Source: Ferroglobus placidus DSM 10642 (GTDB taxonomy: Archaea; Halobacteriota; Archaeoglobi; Archaeoglobales; Archaeoglobaceae). From it: 32,000 bases of DNA. How positions within the stretch are numbered: the stretch's first letter is position 1; each line of letters starts with the position of its first letter. Both the position numbers and the translations under genes were made by a program. The notes under the pieces are model-generated. The model was not told where the DNA came from, made no database searches, and worked only from the letters and a program-made list of their open reading frames with translations. The DNA is taken from positions 1-32,000 of the forward strand of contig NC_013849.1 in assembly GCF_000025505.1 (NCBI RefSeq), written 5' to 3'. Shown piece by piece: positions 9,598-17,185 of the stretch.

Positions 9598-9670
9598 TGG
9601 GCTCGGCCGGATTCGAACCGGCGATCTCCGCCTCGTAAGGGCGGCGTCATAACCGCTAGACCACGAGCCC
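9598..9670 (-). tRNA. tRNA-Val (anticodon UAC)
   Basis: The reverse complement GGGCTCGTGGTCTAGCGGTTATGACGCCGCCCTTACGAGGCGGAGATCGCCGGTTCGAATCCGGCCGAGCCCA folds as a cloverleaf. It has a 7-bp acceptor stem, anticodon stem CCGCC/GGCGG with loop CTTACGA, T arm GCCGG-TTCGAAT-CCGGC and discriminator A. No CCA is encoded. Confidence 0.92.
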
Positions 9671-9693
9671 TTAAAGAGTAGAGCGAGTAGTTG

Positions 9694-9701
9694 AATTTAA
9701 G
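9694..9701 (-). promoter_or_regulatory. TATA-like box (CTTAAATT on the minus strand) ~27 nt upstream of the tRNA-Val 5' end
   Basis: Position and composition fit an archaeal TATA box. The same A/T box could also serve the divergent rnp4 gene. Confidence 0.4.
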
Positions 9702-9715
9702 ATTATCGCTCAAAA

Positions 9716-10060
9716 ATGTTAAAACTCGCTTTTGGGATTTTTCTGTTAATGCCTTTGAAAAGAGAGAAAGACCTCGAAAGGAAAATTGCAAAAGAACGTA
9801 TTGAATTTCTTCTGAACAAAGCTCAGGAAATTAAAAAGGAGAACTACGAACTTGCAAGAAGATACGTGGAGTTGGCTGTGAAAATAGCGAAGAAGTACCG
9901 GATCAGACTCGGAAAGCTCAAGGTTTTTTTCTGCAAAAAGTGCCTATACCCTTACTCTGAGGGGAAGTTCAGAGTGAGGATTCACAAGTCGAGGGTAATT
10001 GTAACTTGTCTCAACTGCGGATACGAAAGAAGAGTTCCAGTAAAACCGAAAAAAAGTTAA
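9716..10060 (+). CDS. rnp4: RNase P protein component 4 (Rpp21/Rpr2 family zinc-ribbon protein)
   Basis: N-terminal helical part KERIEFLLNKA...LARRYVELAVKIAKKY, then zinc ribbon CKKC...17 aa...CLNC. The likely true start is the ATG at 9749 (MPLKREK...), because the first 11 codons are hydrophobic and abut the tRNA promoter. Confidence 0.8.
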   Translation: MLKLAFGIFLLMPLKREKDLERKIAKERIEFLLNKAQEIKKENYELARRYVELAVKIAKKYRIRLGKLKVFFCKKCLYPYSEGKFRVRIHKSRVIVTCLNCGYERRVPVKPKKS

Positions 10061-11046
10061 ACGTTCCTCAAGTTCATCTTGCTGTAGAGTACTTTCACTT
10101 CTTCAACTCCCTCGATCTCTCTAACTTCTTCGGCAATTTTCTCTATAGTCTCCCTTTCGAAAGCGTGCACCATGAAGTACAGTGGATAATTCCAGTTCTC
10201 CGGACACTCCCTCTCAACTAAATGCGTTATCTGAGGAAATTTTTCGAGCAAAATTCCTGCGATTCTTTCCGGATTCTCGGTTCTTATTAAATTCATACCG
10301 TTCTCCTTAAATCCTGCTCTCTCTCCGTTTAGCACAGCGTAAAAGTCTCTCACCACTCTTTTCTCTATTAACTCTTTGAGCAGATCCACTATTTCCCCTG
10401 CTTTCATCCCGTATTTTTCGGCAAACTTTCTGAACGGTTTTTCTTCAACGGAAAAGTTCTTTTCCATGTCTTTAAGGAGTTCCGGGCTTATTCCGAGCTC
10501 TTCAACCAAAGGAACTCTCTCGTTTTTCTCAACTCTGTAGCTCCAAGACACCCCTTTGTAAAGGTCGTATTTCACGTCCATCTTGTAAACTCTCTTGCTC
10601 GGTAAAACCACGTAATCTTCTACTCTACACTTCTCCATCAACGCTTTAATCTTTTCAAATAAAACCTCTCTGTCTCTTGCTTTTATCGTGTACCAGACGT
10701 TATAGTTTTCGTCCTCTCTTAAGAAGTTGTGCTTCACGCCTTTTTCTTTATTTATCATTCTCGCAACCTCGAAAATTCTGCTCTCCTCAACCCTCGCTCC
10801 AACCAAAGCCGCTACGCTCTCCCCTCTAAACGCTTTATAGTTCAGCTGGGGACCTATTCTGATTATCAGACCTCTCTTCAAGTATCTTTCAAGCTCGTTT
10901 TTTACGTAATCGAAACTAACTCCGAGCTTTTCCGAAAGAGCTACGAAAGGCTCTTCCGTCAGAGGCATGTTGTACTGAGCTGCCATCAGCAAATCGACAT
11001 CAAAATTGAATTCTCGTTTTTGACTCATCCAGATCCCTCTCCCCAC
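10057..11046 (-). CDS. ahbAB: Siroheme decarboxylase, fused AhbA/AhbB (NirD/L/G/H-like, Lrp/AsnC-type fold duplicated)
   Basis: 329 aa made of two NirD-like halves, each with an HTH-like start (PLTEEPF... / FSVEEKPF...) and an AsnC-type C-terminal part. It sits next to sirC. The probable start is the ATG at 11028 (MSQKREF...), which still overlaps the sirC stop. Confidence 0.7.
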   Translation of the reverse strand: MGRGIWMSQKREFNFDVDLLMAAQYNMPLTEEPFVALSEKLGVSFDYVKNELERYLKRGLIIRIGPQLNYKAFRGESVAALVGARVEESRIFEVARMINKEKGVKHNFLREDENYNVWYTIKARDREVLFEKIKALMEKCRVEDYVVLPSKRVYKMDVKYDLYKGVSWSYRVEKNERVPLVEELGISPELLKDMEKNFSVEEKPFRKFAEKYGMKAGEIVDLLKELIEKRVVRDFYAVLNGERAGFKENGMNLIRTENPERIAGILLEKFPQITHLVERECPENWNYPLYFMVHAFERETIEKIAEEVREIEGVEEVKVLYSKMNLRNV

Positions 11047-11701
11047 TCAAGTATTCCCTTAAAAAGTTTACAGCATAAGCTTTAGCGTCCTCAACTTTAC
11101 CGCTCTTAACGAGTTCGAGAAACTTTTCGTCTGAGCTTATGGCGAAGTACATCTTCATTCTGATATCGACGGGAACATCTTCCTCTTTCATGTACTTCTT
11201 AAAGAAGTCCATCGCTTTTAAAAGGTTTATAGTTTCCCTGTCGCTTTTTACCATTTCGAGTATTTTGTCTCTAACGATTCTCGCAACAACTCCACTCTTC
11301 CCCTCAGTCGTTACGGCTATTTTTATTCCCTCGACTTCCCCTTCGAAAGGAACTACAACTTCAGTTTTTTCCGCATCGTTGGCGAAGTTTTTGAGGAATT
11401 TGTACTTTTTCGAAAGTCTCTCCACGACTTCGTTCACTTTCTTGCTTCCCACGGCTACAACTACCATAAAAGCATCCTTCACGTATCTTTCGAGAAAGTC
11501 GACGTTCTTTGCGTCACCGTAAACGAGCTCTACTTTCCCCTCTTTTTCGAGCTCTTTCAGCTCATCGGAAAAATCGAGGCTTATGACAACGACGTTTGCT
11601 CCGTAGTTCAGAAACTTCTTCGCTCTGCTCGTCCCAACTCCGCCCCCGCCGATTACGACTATTTTCTTTCCTTTTAGTTCTATGTAAAGCGGTATTCTCA
11701 T
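11000..11701 (-). CDS. sirC: Precorrin-2 dehydrogenase / sirohydrochlorin ferrochelatase (SirC/Met8-like, CysG N-terminal-domain family)
   Basis: 233 aa with N-terminal Rossmann motif KKIVVIGGGGVGTSRAKKFL. Size and context next to ahbAB fit this family. Confidence 0.75.
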   Translation of the reverse strand: MRIPLYIELKGKKIVVIGGGGVGTSRAKKFLNYGANVVVISLDFSDELKELEKEGKVELVYGDAKNVDFLERYVKDAFMVVVAVGSKKVNEVVERLSKKYKFLKNFANDAEKTEVVVPFEGEVEGIKIAVTTEGKSGVVARIVRDKILEMVKSDRETINLLKAMDFFKKYMKEEDVPVDIRMKMYFAISSDEKFLELVKSGKVEDAKAYAVNFLREYLSGERDLDESKTRIQF

Positions 11702-11749
11702 CCAAGAATCAGTGGATAAAAAGCTTTAAAACTTTTTTATTGCAAATTT

Positions 11750-12121
11750 CTAAACTGCCAGCGTTATCGCAGTTCCCTCGGAAATAACTTCTTCTCCTCT
11801 CTTTACCCTGATGATGAAAAAAGCCGTCCTTTTTCCGCTTATTTTTTCTGCTTCCGCCACGAGTTTGTCTCCTTCTTTAGCGCCTTTAAAAAAGTTAATT
11901 GAAATATTTATCGCAACTCTTTTCGTGTCGTAGTTTGAGGCTAAAGCAAGAGCGAAGTCTGCTAAAGCAGTAATGTAAGCTCCGTGAGCAGTTCCGTGGA
12001 TGTTTAAAAACTCCTTCTTCACGACTCCGGAAACCCTCGCGTAACCTTCCCTAACCTCCTCCACTTCCGCCTCTAAGAATTCGGCGAAAGGATCAGATTT
12101 CAATTTTCTCACCTCTCGCAA
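11750..12121 (-). CDS. Hotdog-fold thioesterase (PaaI/YbgC-like)
   Basis: 123 aa. The motif NIHGTAHGAYITALADFALALA and overall length are typical of PaaI-type hotdog proteins. Its start overlaps the upstream U32 gene by 29 nt. Confidence 0.65.
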   Translation of the reverse strand: MREVRKLKSDPFAEFLEAEVEEVREGYARVSGVVKKEFLNIHGTAHGAYITALADFALALASNYDTKRVAINISINFFKGAKEGDKLVAEAEKISGKRTAFFIIRVKRGEEVISEGTAITLAV

Positions 12122-13040
12122 CTCCCATAAGTTCCAGAGTTCTCCTCAATCTTTCGGCATCTCTTCTCTTAGCAATCTCCGCAAGCTTTCTTTCCCACTC
12201 CTCGAAAACGACGTTATCGCTCTCTACTGCCTCTATAAACTCTTTATAGAATTTCACGATTTCGTAAATAAGATCGGTGCTGTACTCTCTCCCCTGAATT
12301 TTCAAGCAGTCGACTCCAGCTTTAATCAAATCGGGAATTTCTCTGAGAAGCAAAAACATGTCGTTCGGCAAGTTCCCGATGGAGTGGTTGTTCAAACACC
12401 AGTTAGAGAGGCAAGGTCTGAAACAAACTCCACCCCTGTTTGGACTTCCAACGTAGTAGGACTTTTCACCTATTTTCTCGTATCTCAGCGACTTGTAGCT
12501 GCTCATCCAGCACTTGCCGAGGTAGGTGAAATCCGTGTTGGCGTGAATTAAAATCTCTATTCCTATTCCTGCCTTCTCCTTAATTTCTCTTATCTCATCC
12601 AAAGTGAGCTTGCAGTCGGCTACGAGCATAGAAGCTCCAGCTTCTTTGTATAACTTAGCTTCTTCGTAGTTTATCACGTTACACCCTATGCTCGCCACGA
12701 TTTTTAAATCGGGATAGTTCTCTTTCACGTACCTCATCAAACCTAAATCGTTGAGAATGACGGCATCAACTTCAGCGGAATGCAGGAACTCCATTCTTTC
12801 TTTGAACATTCCGAACTCGGCTGGCTTTGGAAAAGCGTTCAGAGCAGCTCTCAGCTCTCCGCCAAATTCGTGAGCGATTTTAGCAGCCTCGATAATTTCC
12901 TCATCCTCAAGCTCGTACTTCTTACTTCTCCTACTCCACCCTTTCACTCCGACGTAAACGCTATCAGCTCCCGCTTCGAAAACCTTTCTAACCATCTCCA
13001 AGTTTCCTCCGGGACCGAGAAGTTCAACCATCTTCATCAC
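12093..13040 (-). CDS. Peptidase U32 family protein (UbiU/UbiV/TrhP/RlhA-type, putative Fe-S protein)
   Basis: 315 aa. The N-terminus VELLGPGGNLEMVRKVFEAGADSVYVG is typical of U32. It has the U32 signature fragment GKCWMS and the Cys cluster C-x30-CFRPCLSNWC. Confidence 0.8.
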   Translation of the reverse strand: MMKMVELLGPGGNLEMVRKVFEAGADSVYVGVKGWSRRSKKYELEDEEIIEAAKIAHEFGGELRAALNAFPKPAEFGMFKERMEFLHSAEVDAVILNDLGLMRYVKENYPDLKIVASIGCNVINYEEAKLYKEAGASMLVADCKLTLDEIREIKEKAGIGIEILIHANTDFTYLGKCWMSSYKSLRYEKIGEKSYYVGSPNRGGVCFRPCLSNWCLNNHSIGNLPNDMFLLLREIPDLIKAGVDCLKIQGREYSTDLIYEIVKFYKEFIEAVESDNVVFEEWERKLAEIAKRRDAERLRRTLELMGVARGEKIEI

Positions 13041-13900
13041 CTCGAAACGTAGATTTGACCGGCTTTGTTAAAGTAAAATCCGTTGCAGAGTCCGATTTCC
13101 GCAAGCTCGATCAACTTCAAAAAGTCCTTTTTGTCGAACCCTTTTTCGATTCTTCTTCTGTATATCCTGCCGACCTCTTCTCTGTAACCGACTCTTTCTG
13201 ATAAAGCCTCTACTCTTGCCGCATCGACGAACTTCAGCTTTTCCAAGTGCTCGTACATACAAACGTCCTTTCCGCTTAGTGTAACCTGTCCGAAAGGCTT
13301 CAGAACGAGGTCTTCGCTTTTGTACCACAGCTTTTCCTTGCAAAGCTTCGGACATCTTTTTCCAATCTCCCTCTCGAACCTTTTAACGAAGCACTCATGA
13401 GAGATGCCGAGGGGTATTTTGCCGTGGATGACGACTTCAACTTCAACGCCAACCTCTTTAATCTTCTCTACATCCTCAATCGGCAGCTCGTAAGCTGGCA
13501 TAATCCTGTCGATGCCCAAAGAGTAAAGAAGCTCCGCCGTCGAAGCTGTGTAAACGTTCGCAAGCCCTCCGAGGTGAACTCTCGCATCGTATTCGTCCTT
13601 TATCTTCTTCGCAACTCCGAGGTTGAAAACTTCGAAAGCGTCAACTTTTGCTTCCAACCCAAGCTCAACGACGTAAAAAACCCTTTCCAAATCCTTGTTC
13701 CTTGGAGCAGCGTACAAGCTTAAATAGGCTTTTTTTCCGAGTTCCCTTAAAAGCTCGACTCCTTCTTCGATGTCGTTGCCCGAGGAAAAGCTCCCCTCGT
13801 AATCCCAGCAGTAGGGCATTCCCATGTATATTCCATCGTAATGCTTCAGGCTGCACTCGCTCATGCTTTCAAGATTCGGAACGTTCGTCGTTAATTCCAC
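13037..13900 (-). CDS. Peptidase U32 family-like protein (divergent paralog)
   Basis: 287 aa with a TIM-barrel-like alternation similar to its neighbour. Cys pattern HECFVKRFEREIGKRCPKLC plus DVCMYEH. A 4-nt ATGA overlap joins it to the next gene. An alternative start at 13864 (MSECSL...) would remove the overlap with the upstream gene. Confidence 0.6.
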   Translation of the reverse strand: MELTTNVPNLESMSECSLKHYDGIYMGMPYCWDYEGSFSSGNDIEEGVELLRELGKKAYLSLYAAPRNKDLERVFYVVELGLEAKVDAFEVFNLGVAKKIKDEYDARVHLGGLANVYTASTAELLYSLGIDRIMPAYELPIEDVEKIKEVGVEVEVVIHGKIPLGISHECFVKRFEREIGKRCPKLCKEKLWYKSEDLVLKPFGQVTLSGKDVCMYEHLEKLKFVDAARVEALSERVGYREEVGRIYRRRIEKGFDKKDFLKLIELAEIGLCNGFYFNKAGQIYVSR

Positions 13901-14501
13901 AACTCATCACCCCTATTTTAGAGAACTGCCTACCTTCGAACTTTAGAATATCCGCATTCACATCGTATTCCACAAGCTTTGGAGGAAAAGATACCTCGAA
14001 TTCTTTCTCTTTAAACACGACTTTCCACCTTCTGCAGCACTCTTTTTTACAAACACCATCTCTCTTTGCGCTAACTCCGGAGAAGTAAGCTGAAAGCAAA
14101 CATTTTCCTTTGTAAAACATCTCGACGTAGGCCCTTTTAAAAGCTTCAATTTTAACGCCGCAGCCTTTCAATTCTTCGACATTCTCATTTATCTCCGGCG
14201 GAATCACAACGGCATAAGCTCCGAGCTCTTTTAAAAGTTCTAAATCGAGAGAATTCAAAGGGTTTAATCCGACGCTTGCGATAACCTTCTTGTCCTCTAT
14301 CCTTTTAATAGCAGCAATTTCGTTCACGATAACACCAGAAGCTTTGAGATTTTTCGCAGCTTTTTCAATTTCATCCGCTTCCTTCACCCTATTCAGGGCG
14401 ACGAAAACTTCTTCGTTTTCCGCTAATCTGTTAATCTCCTCGACTGTCAGGGCTTTTTCGTCTCCGTACTTGCTGAATCCCTTCAACCCAACGTATTTCA
14501 C
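13869..14501 (-). CDS. Short peptidase U32 family-like protein
   Basis: 210 aa with a GTG start. It has the U32 signature fragment GKCLLS and Cys cluster C-x17-CKKECC. A TATA-like TTTAAATAT lies ~25 nt upstream. Confidence 0.6.
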   Translation of the reverse strand: MKYVGLKGFSKYGDEKALTVEEINRLAENEEVFVALNRVKEADEIEKAAKNLKASGVIVNEIAAIKRIEDKKVIASVGLNPLNSLDLELLKELGAYAVVIPPEINENVEELKGCGVKIEAFKRAYVEMFYKGKCLLSAYFSGVSAKRDGVCKKECCRRWKVVFKEKEFEVSFPPKLVEYDVNADILKFEGRQFSKIGVMSCGINDERSES

Positions 14502-14533
14502 AGAATGAAACGCTAAATTGTGATATTTAAACT

Positions 14534-15487
14534 TTAGGAATTCTCTTCAACAAGTTCAACAACTTCCGACGGAAGCACGTTCAAATACCTCTTTCCCTTA
14601 TAAACCACCGCCACAACCTGCCTTGCCCTCTCTCTGTTTATCCCGAAATATTCCCTAAACGGAGCCTCGTCGTATCTCAGCTCTTTCCTACTCAAAACGA
14701 GTTCTTCGAAATCTTTCGAGTAATCGTAAAAGTCAAGCTTGTTTCCTTTCGCATCAATTATCTCAACTTTCATGAAGTACTCTCTTCCGTCTCTTCTCAC
14801 ACAGTAGTTCTCCTCGTGGTTTATTCCGAGAACCGGATTGACGTTAATTCTTTCATTCCCCTCGAAGTAATCGAACATTCTTACGAATCCTTCAATTTGA
14901 TATCTGAAAAGTTTTTTAGGCGTGCTCGAAAGCCACTCAAACTGCTCGTAGTTAACTCCTTTAAATGAAACATCCACGTCCACCCTCAGATTTTCCAACT
15001 TTTCGAGCTCTTGAAAATTTATTTTTCCCATTCCAGCGAGTATTCCGTTCGTCTCGATGATTACTTTCAGTTTTTCCGCTTCATCGCTTTTATCGAGGAG
15101 CTTTAAAACTTCCAAGATGTGATCCCATTGTAAAGTAGGCTCGTTTCCGGTAAACCTCACCACTCCAACTCTGTACTTTCTCTTTTTAACAAGCCTGTCA
15201 TGCGAAACCCTTTCTATCTGGCAAAGAACGTCCTTAACCACCTCTTCTGGCATCTTTCTTACCTCGCTGTTTTCGAATCGTATCTTCCACCCCCAGCAGT
15301 ATTTGCAGTTTAAGTTGCATCCCTTAACGTCAAGAACTACCTCCAGTATTTTTCCTTCAGCTAAACCACACGAAGCTACGCATCTATGCTCTTCATAAAC
15401 TTTGCAGCACCTGTGCCAGCCTAAACCCCTCCTCTTTAACGGCACCCACCTCGTCGGATAGTAAAGGTTCGAATAAATTCCGATCAT
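14534..15487 (-). CDS. Radical SAM protein (activase/QueE-like core) with extra N-terminal Cys cluster
   Basis: 317 aa with CNLNCKYCWGW (CxxxCxxC) and the SAM-binding-like motif FTGNEPTLQ. There is an additional HRCCKVYEEHRCVASC upstream of the core motif. The specific function is not assignable. Confidence 0.8.
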   Translation of the reverse strand: MIGIYSNLYYPTRWVPLKRRGLGWHRCCKVYEEHRCVASCGLAEGKILEVVLDVKGCNLNCKYCWGWKIRFENSEVRKMPEEVVKDVLCQIERVSHDRLVKKRKYRVGVVRFTGNEPTLQWDHILEVLKLLDKSDEAEKLKVIIETNGILAGMGKINFQELEKLENLRVDVDVSFKGVNYEQFEWLSSTPKKLFRYQIEGFVRMFDYFEGNERINVNPVLGINHEENYCVRRDGREYFMKVEIIDAKGNKLDFYDYSKDFEELVLSRKELRYDEAPFREYFGINRERARQVVAVVYKGKRYLNVLPSEVVELVEENS

Positions 15488-15529
15488 CTCGTAAAGTATT
15501 TAGTTTGAGAGGGAATTTAAAGAGTTTAG

Positions 15530-15988
15530 ATGCTGCCAATTCAAGAGTTAAGACGTGCTCTCTGGAAGGAGTTCAATTTGAAGCTGAAATTGCCAGAGAG
15601 ATTTGAAGATGTGGAGGAAGTTGCAGCAGCAAAAATCGTGAAAAGGATAAGGTGGAAATACAGCTATCCCCGAGAGCACAGATGCTTTTTTAAATGGACG
15701 AAGTTCTGTCCGGAATTTTGCAACTTTGAAAAACCTTGCGAAGATTTGGTGGAAGACTTTGGAGAAGATGAGAGCTTAGAGTACGGCTTTCTCATCAAGG
15801 CTGGAGGAGTTTACTACTTTTCCAAAGAGTTCGAAGTGAATGAAAATGAGCGAGTTTTAGTTTTCCATCCGAGTGTGAAGCTCGGTGAGGACAGATTCGC
15901 GTACAAAGTTGAAAAGGAAATTAACAAGTTCGGTTTCGTTGAAGTTGAAAGCTCAATCACACCTTACGAGGTTTTGTGGGAAGGTTAG
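15530..15988 (+). CDS. Hypothetical Cys-rich protein
   Basis: 152-aa ORF divergent from the radical-SAM gene across a 42-nt spacer. It contains CFFKWTKFCPEFCNFEKPC, a possible metal site. I recognise no family. Confidence 0.45.
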   Translation: MLPIQELRRALWKEFNLKLKLPERFEDVEEVAAAKIVKRIRWKYSYPREHRCFFKWTKFCPEFCNFEKPCEDLVEDFGEDESLEYGFLIKAGGVYYFSKEFEVNENERVLVFHPSVKLGEDRFAYKVEKEINKFGFVEVESSITPYEVLWEG

Positions 15989-16043
15989 CTTGTTAAATTC
16001 GGCAAATCCGTAGATCTCAAACTTCTGAAAAATCTAAAGTAAC

Positions 16044-16053
16044 CTTTTTATCC
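16044..16053 (+). promoter_or_regulatory. TATA-like box (CTTTTTATCC) ~26 nt upstream of the antitoxin ATG at 16075
   Basis: Composition and spacing fit a promoter driving a leaderless TA operon. Confidence 0.35.
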
Positions 16054-16074
16054 AACTTTACGAATTTGGAAGTA

Positions 16075-16290
16075 ATGAGCGAAATTATTGAGATTCTAAA
16101 GGAGATTAAAGAGAAACTTGAGGATATGGACAAAAGACTTAGAAGGATAGAGGAGGAACTATTCGAAGAGTTAAGCGAGGAGGAGCTTGAAGAAATCAAA
16201 AGGGATTTAGAGGCTTACGAAAAGGGGGAACTTGAGACGATAACCCTTGAAGAGCTCAAAAAAGAGCTTGGGATTGAAGATGAAGTTTAA
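16075..16290 (+). CDS. Putative antitoxin (acidic coiled-coil, archaeal RelB-like partner of the downstream RelE)
   Basis: 71 aa counted from the ATG at 16075 (the ORF track begins at a TTG at 16066). It is highly E/K-rich, ends in TLEELKKELG, and overlaps the toxin start by 11 nt. Confidence 0.55.
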   Translation: MSEIIEILKEIKEKLEDMDKRLRRIEEELFEELSEEELEEIKRDLEAYEKGELETITLEELKKELGIEDEV

Positions 16291-16540
16291 GATCGTTTTG
16301 AAGAAAGGAGTCTCCAAGGATTTGAAAAAGCTCGACAAAATAGATCGAATAAGAATCTACAAAACCCTCGAAAAGCTTGAAGATCCCTTTTCTCTCGACA
16401 TTAGAAAGCTTAGAGGGCTTGAAGATACCTACGCCGTCAGAATCGGAGATTTCAGAATCATCTTCAAGATTTATTTTGATAGGAAGGTTATTTTTGTAAC
16501 GAGAATAGATAAAAGAGGAAGGGTTTACGATCGCATTTAG
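16280..16540 (+). CDS. relE: RelE/ParE-family type II toxin
   Basis: 86 aa from the ATG at 16280 (MKFKIVLKKGVSKDLKKL...). The C-terminal YAVRIGDFRIIFKIYFDRKVIFVTRIDKRGRVY matches the RelE/ParE Y-x-R-x-G-D-Y-R-hydrophobic...R...Y pattern. Confidence 0.8.
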   Translation: MKFKIVLKKGVSKDLKKLDKIDRIRIYKTLEKLEDPFSLDIRKLRGLEDTYAVRIGDFRIIFKIYFDRKVIFVTRIDKRGRVYDRI

Positions 16541-16572
16541 CGGACTACGGGGAAGGAAAGCTTCTCAACGAT

Positions 16573-16736
16573 TCAGGATTTTGGAAGTAGAATTTCGATT
16601 CCGATGGTCTCCCCCTTTTCGTCCAAGTCGAAGATGATTATATCGTTTGAGAGAGGCTCGGAAATCTCAACATTCTCCTCCTTGATCTCTTTATGTAGAT
16701 CGCATTAGCCTCGGGATCAAACTCCACCGAAACCAT
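16573..16736 (-). pseudogene. Frameshifted DUF2283-like small gene (antitoxin-like family)
   Basis: The minus strand reads MVSVEFDPEANAIYIK, and after a 1-nt frame change KEENVEISEPLSNDIIIFDLDEKGETIGIEILLPKS*. Joined, this matches the DUF2283 pattern (YDxEADALYI...IDxDxxGxxVGIEIL). The span is 164 nt, which is not a multiple of 3. Confidence 0.5.
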
Positions 16737-16805
16737 ACTTAATCCACTAATTGGTTCAGCTGTTTAAAAGATGAAACTTGTAGCCTTTTATTATGATGCC
16801 ATGAT

Positions 16806-16941
16806 ATGGGACTAATTCAGGTTAGAGTTCCCGACGAGCTTGAGGAGATTCCGAGAAGACACTTGCCCGCCAAAGAAGGTGCATTAAGCAAGTTTGTCGT
16901 CTCCGTAAATCAAAGAGAAACTTGAGAAGGAAGGAATATAA
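16806..16941 (+). pseudogene. Degraded ribbon-helix-helix (CopG-like) antitoxin-type gene
   Basis: The plus strand reads MGLIQVRVPDELEEIPRRHLPAKEGALSKFVVSVNQRET*, and a shifted frame continues IKEKLEKEGI*. This resembles the RHH pattern I-x-V-x-hydrophobic-P-x-E-L...LAKEEG-x-S-x-S. The span is 136 nt, which is not a multiple of 3. Confidence 0.3.
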
Positions 16942-17032
16942 GGTAAACAAGGTTATTAAAGAGCGAAACATCTGAAATGTCCCCGAAATGCCATAATGGA
17001 ATTACCAAGTTAAATTATGAGAGCCGACGGTA

Positions 17033-17105
17033 TGCGGCCGCCGGGATTTGAACCCGGGCTACGGGCTCGGGAGGCCCGTGTCCTGCCAGGCTAGACTACG
17101 ACCGC
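17033..17105 (-). tRNA. tRNA-Gly (anticodon CCC)
   Basis: The reverse complement GCGGTCGTAGTCTAGCCTGGCAGGACACGGGCCTCCCGAGCCCGTAGCCCGGGTTCAAATCCCGGCGGCCGCA folds as a cloverleaf. It has a 7-bp acceptor stem with one G-U pair, anticodon stem CGGGC/GCCCG with loop CTCCCGA, and T arm CCGGG-TTCAAAT-CCCGG. Confidence 0.92.
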
Positions 17106-17131
17106 TCGGTAGAATATTGAGGCTTGCGATG

Positions 17132-17139
17132 ATTAAAAA
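17132..17139 (-). promoter_or_regulatory. TATA-like box (TTTTTAAT on the minus strand) ~30 nt upstream of the tRNA-Gly 5' end
   Basis: Judged by position and composition only. Confidence 0.35.
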
Positions 17140-17185
17140 CTTTCGGTATAGCAACGCTTATTTTTCTCCGAAAAAACTTTAGAGG

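Noticed and set aside
9528-9791. 87-aa minus-strand ORF
   Set aside because: It runs straight through tRNA-Val and its promoter. The translation includes the tRNA sequence itself, so it is spurious.
14534-15487. Possibility that the radical-SAM gene is AhbC/AhbD of the nearby haem genes
   Set aside because: The CNLNCKYCWGW/FTGNEPT core resembles activase/QueE-type small radical-SAM proteins. I see no SPASM-like C-terminal Cys cluster, and four unrelated genes separate it from ahbAB/sirC. I left it as a generic radical SAM.
16017-16199. Serine-rich 60-aa minus-strand ORF (MISSSSSSLNSSNSSSS...)
   Set aside because: It is the antisense reading of the GAA/GAG-rich antitoxin gene, so the low-complexity poly-Ser is a frame artefact.
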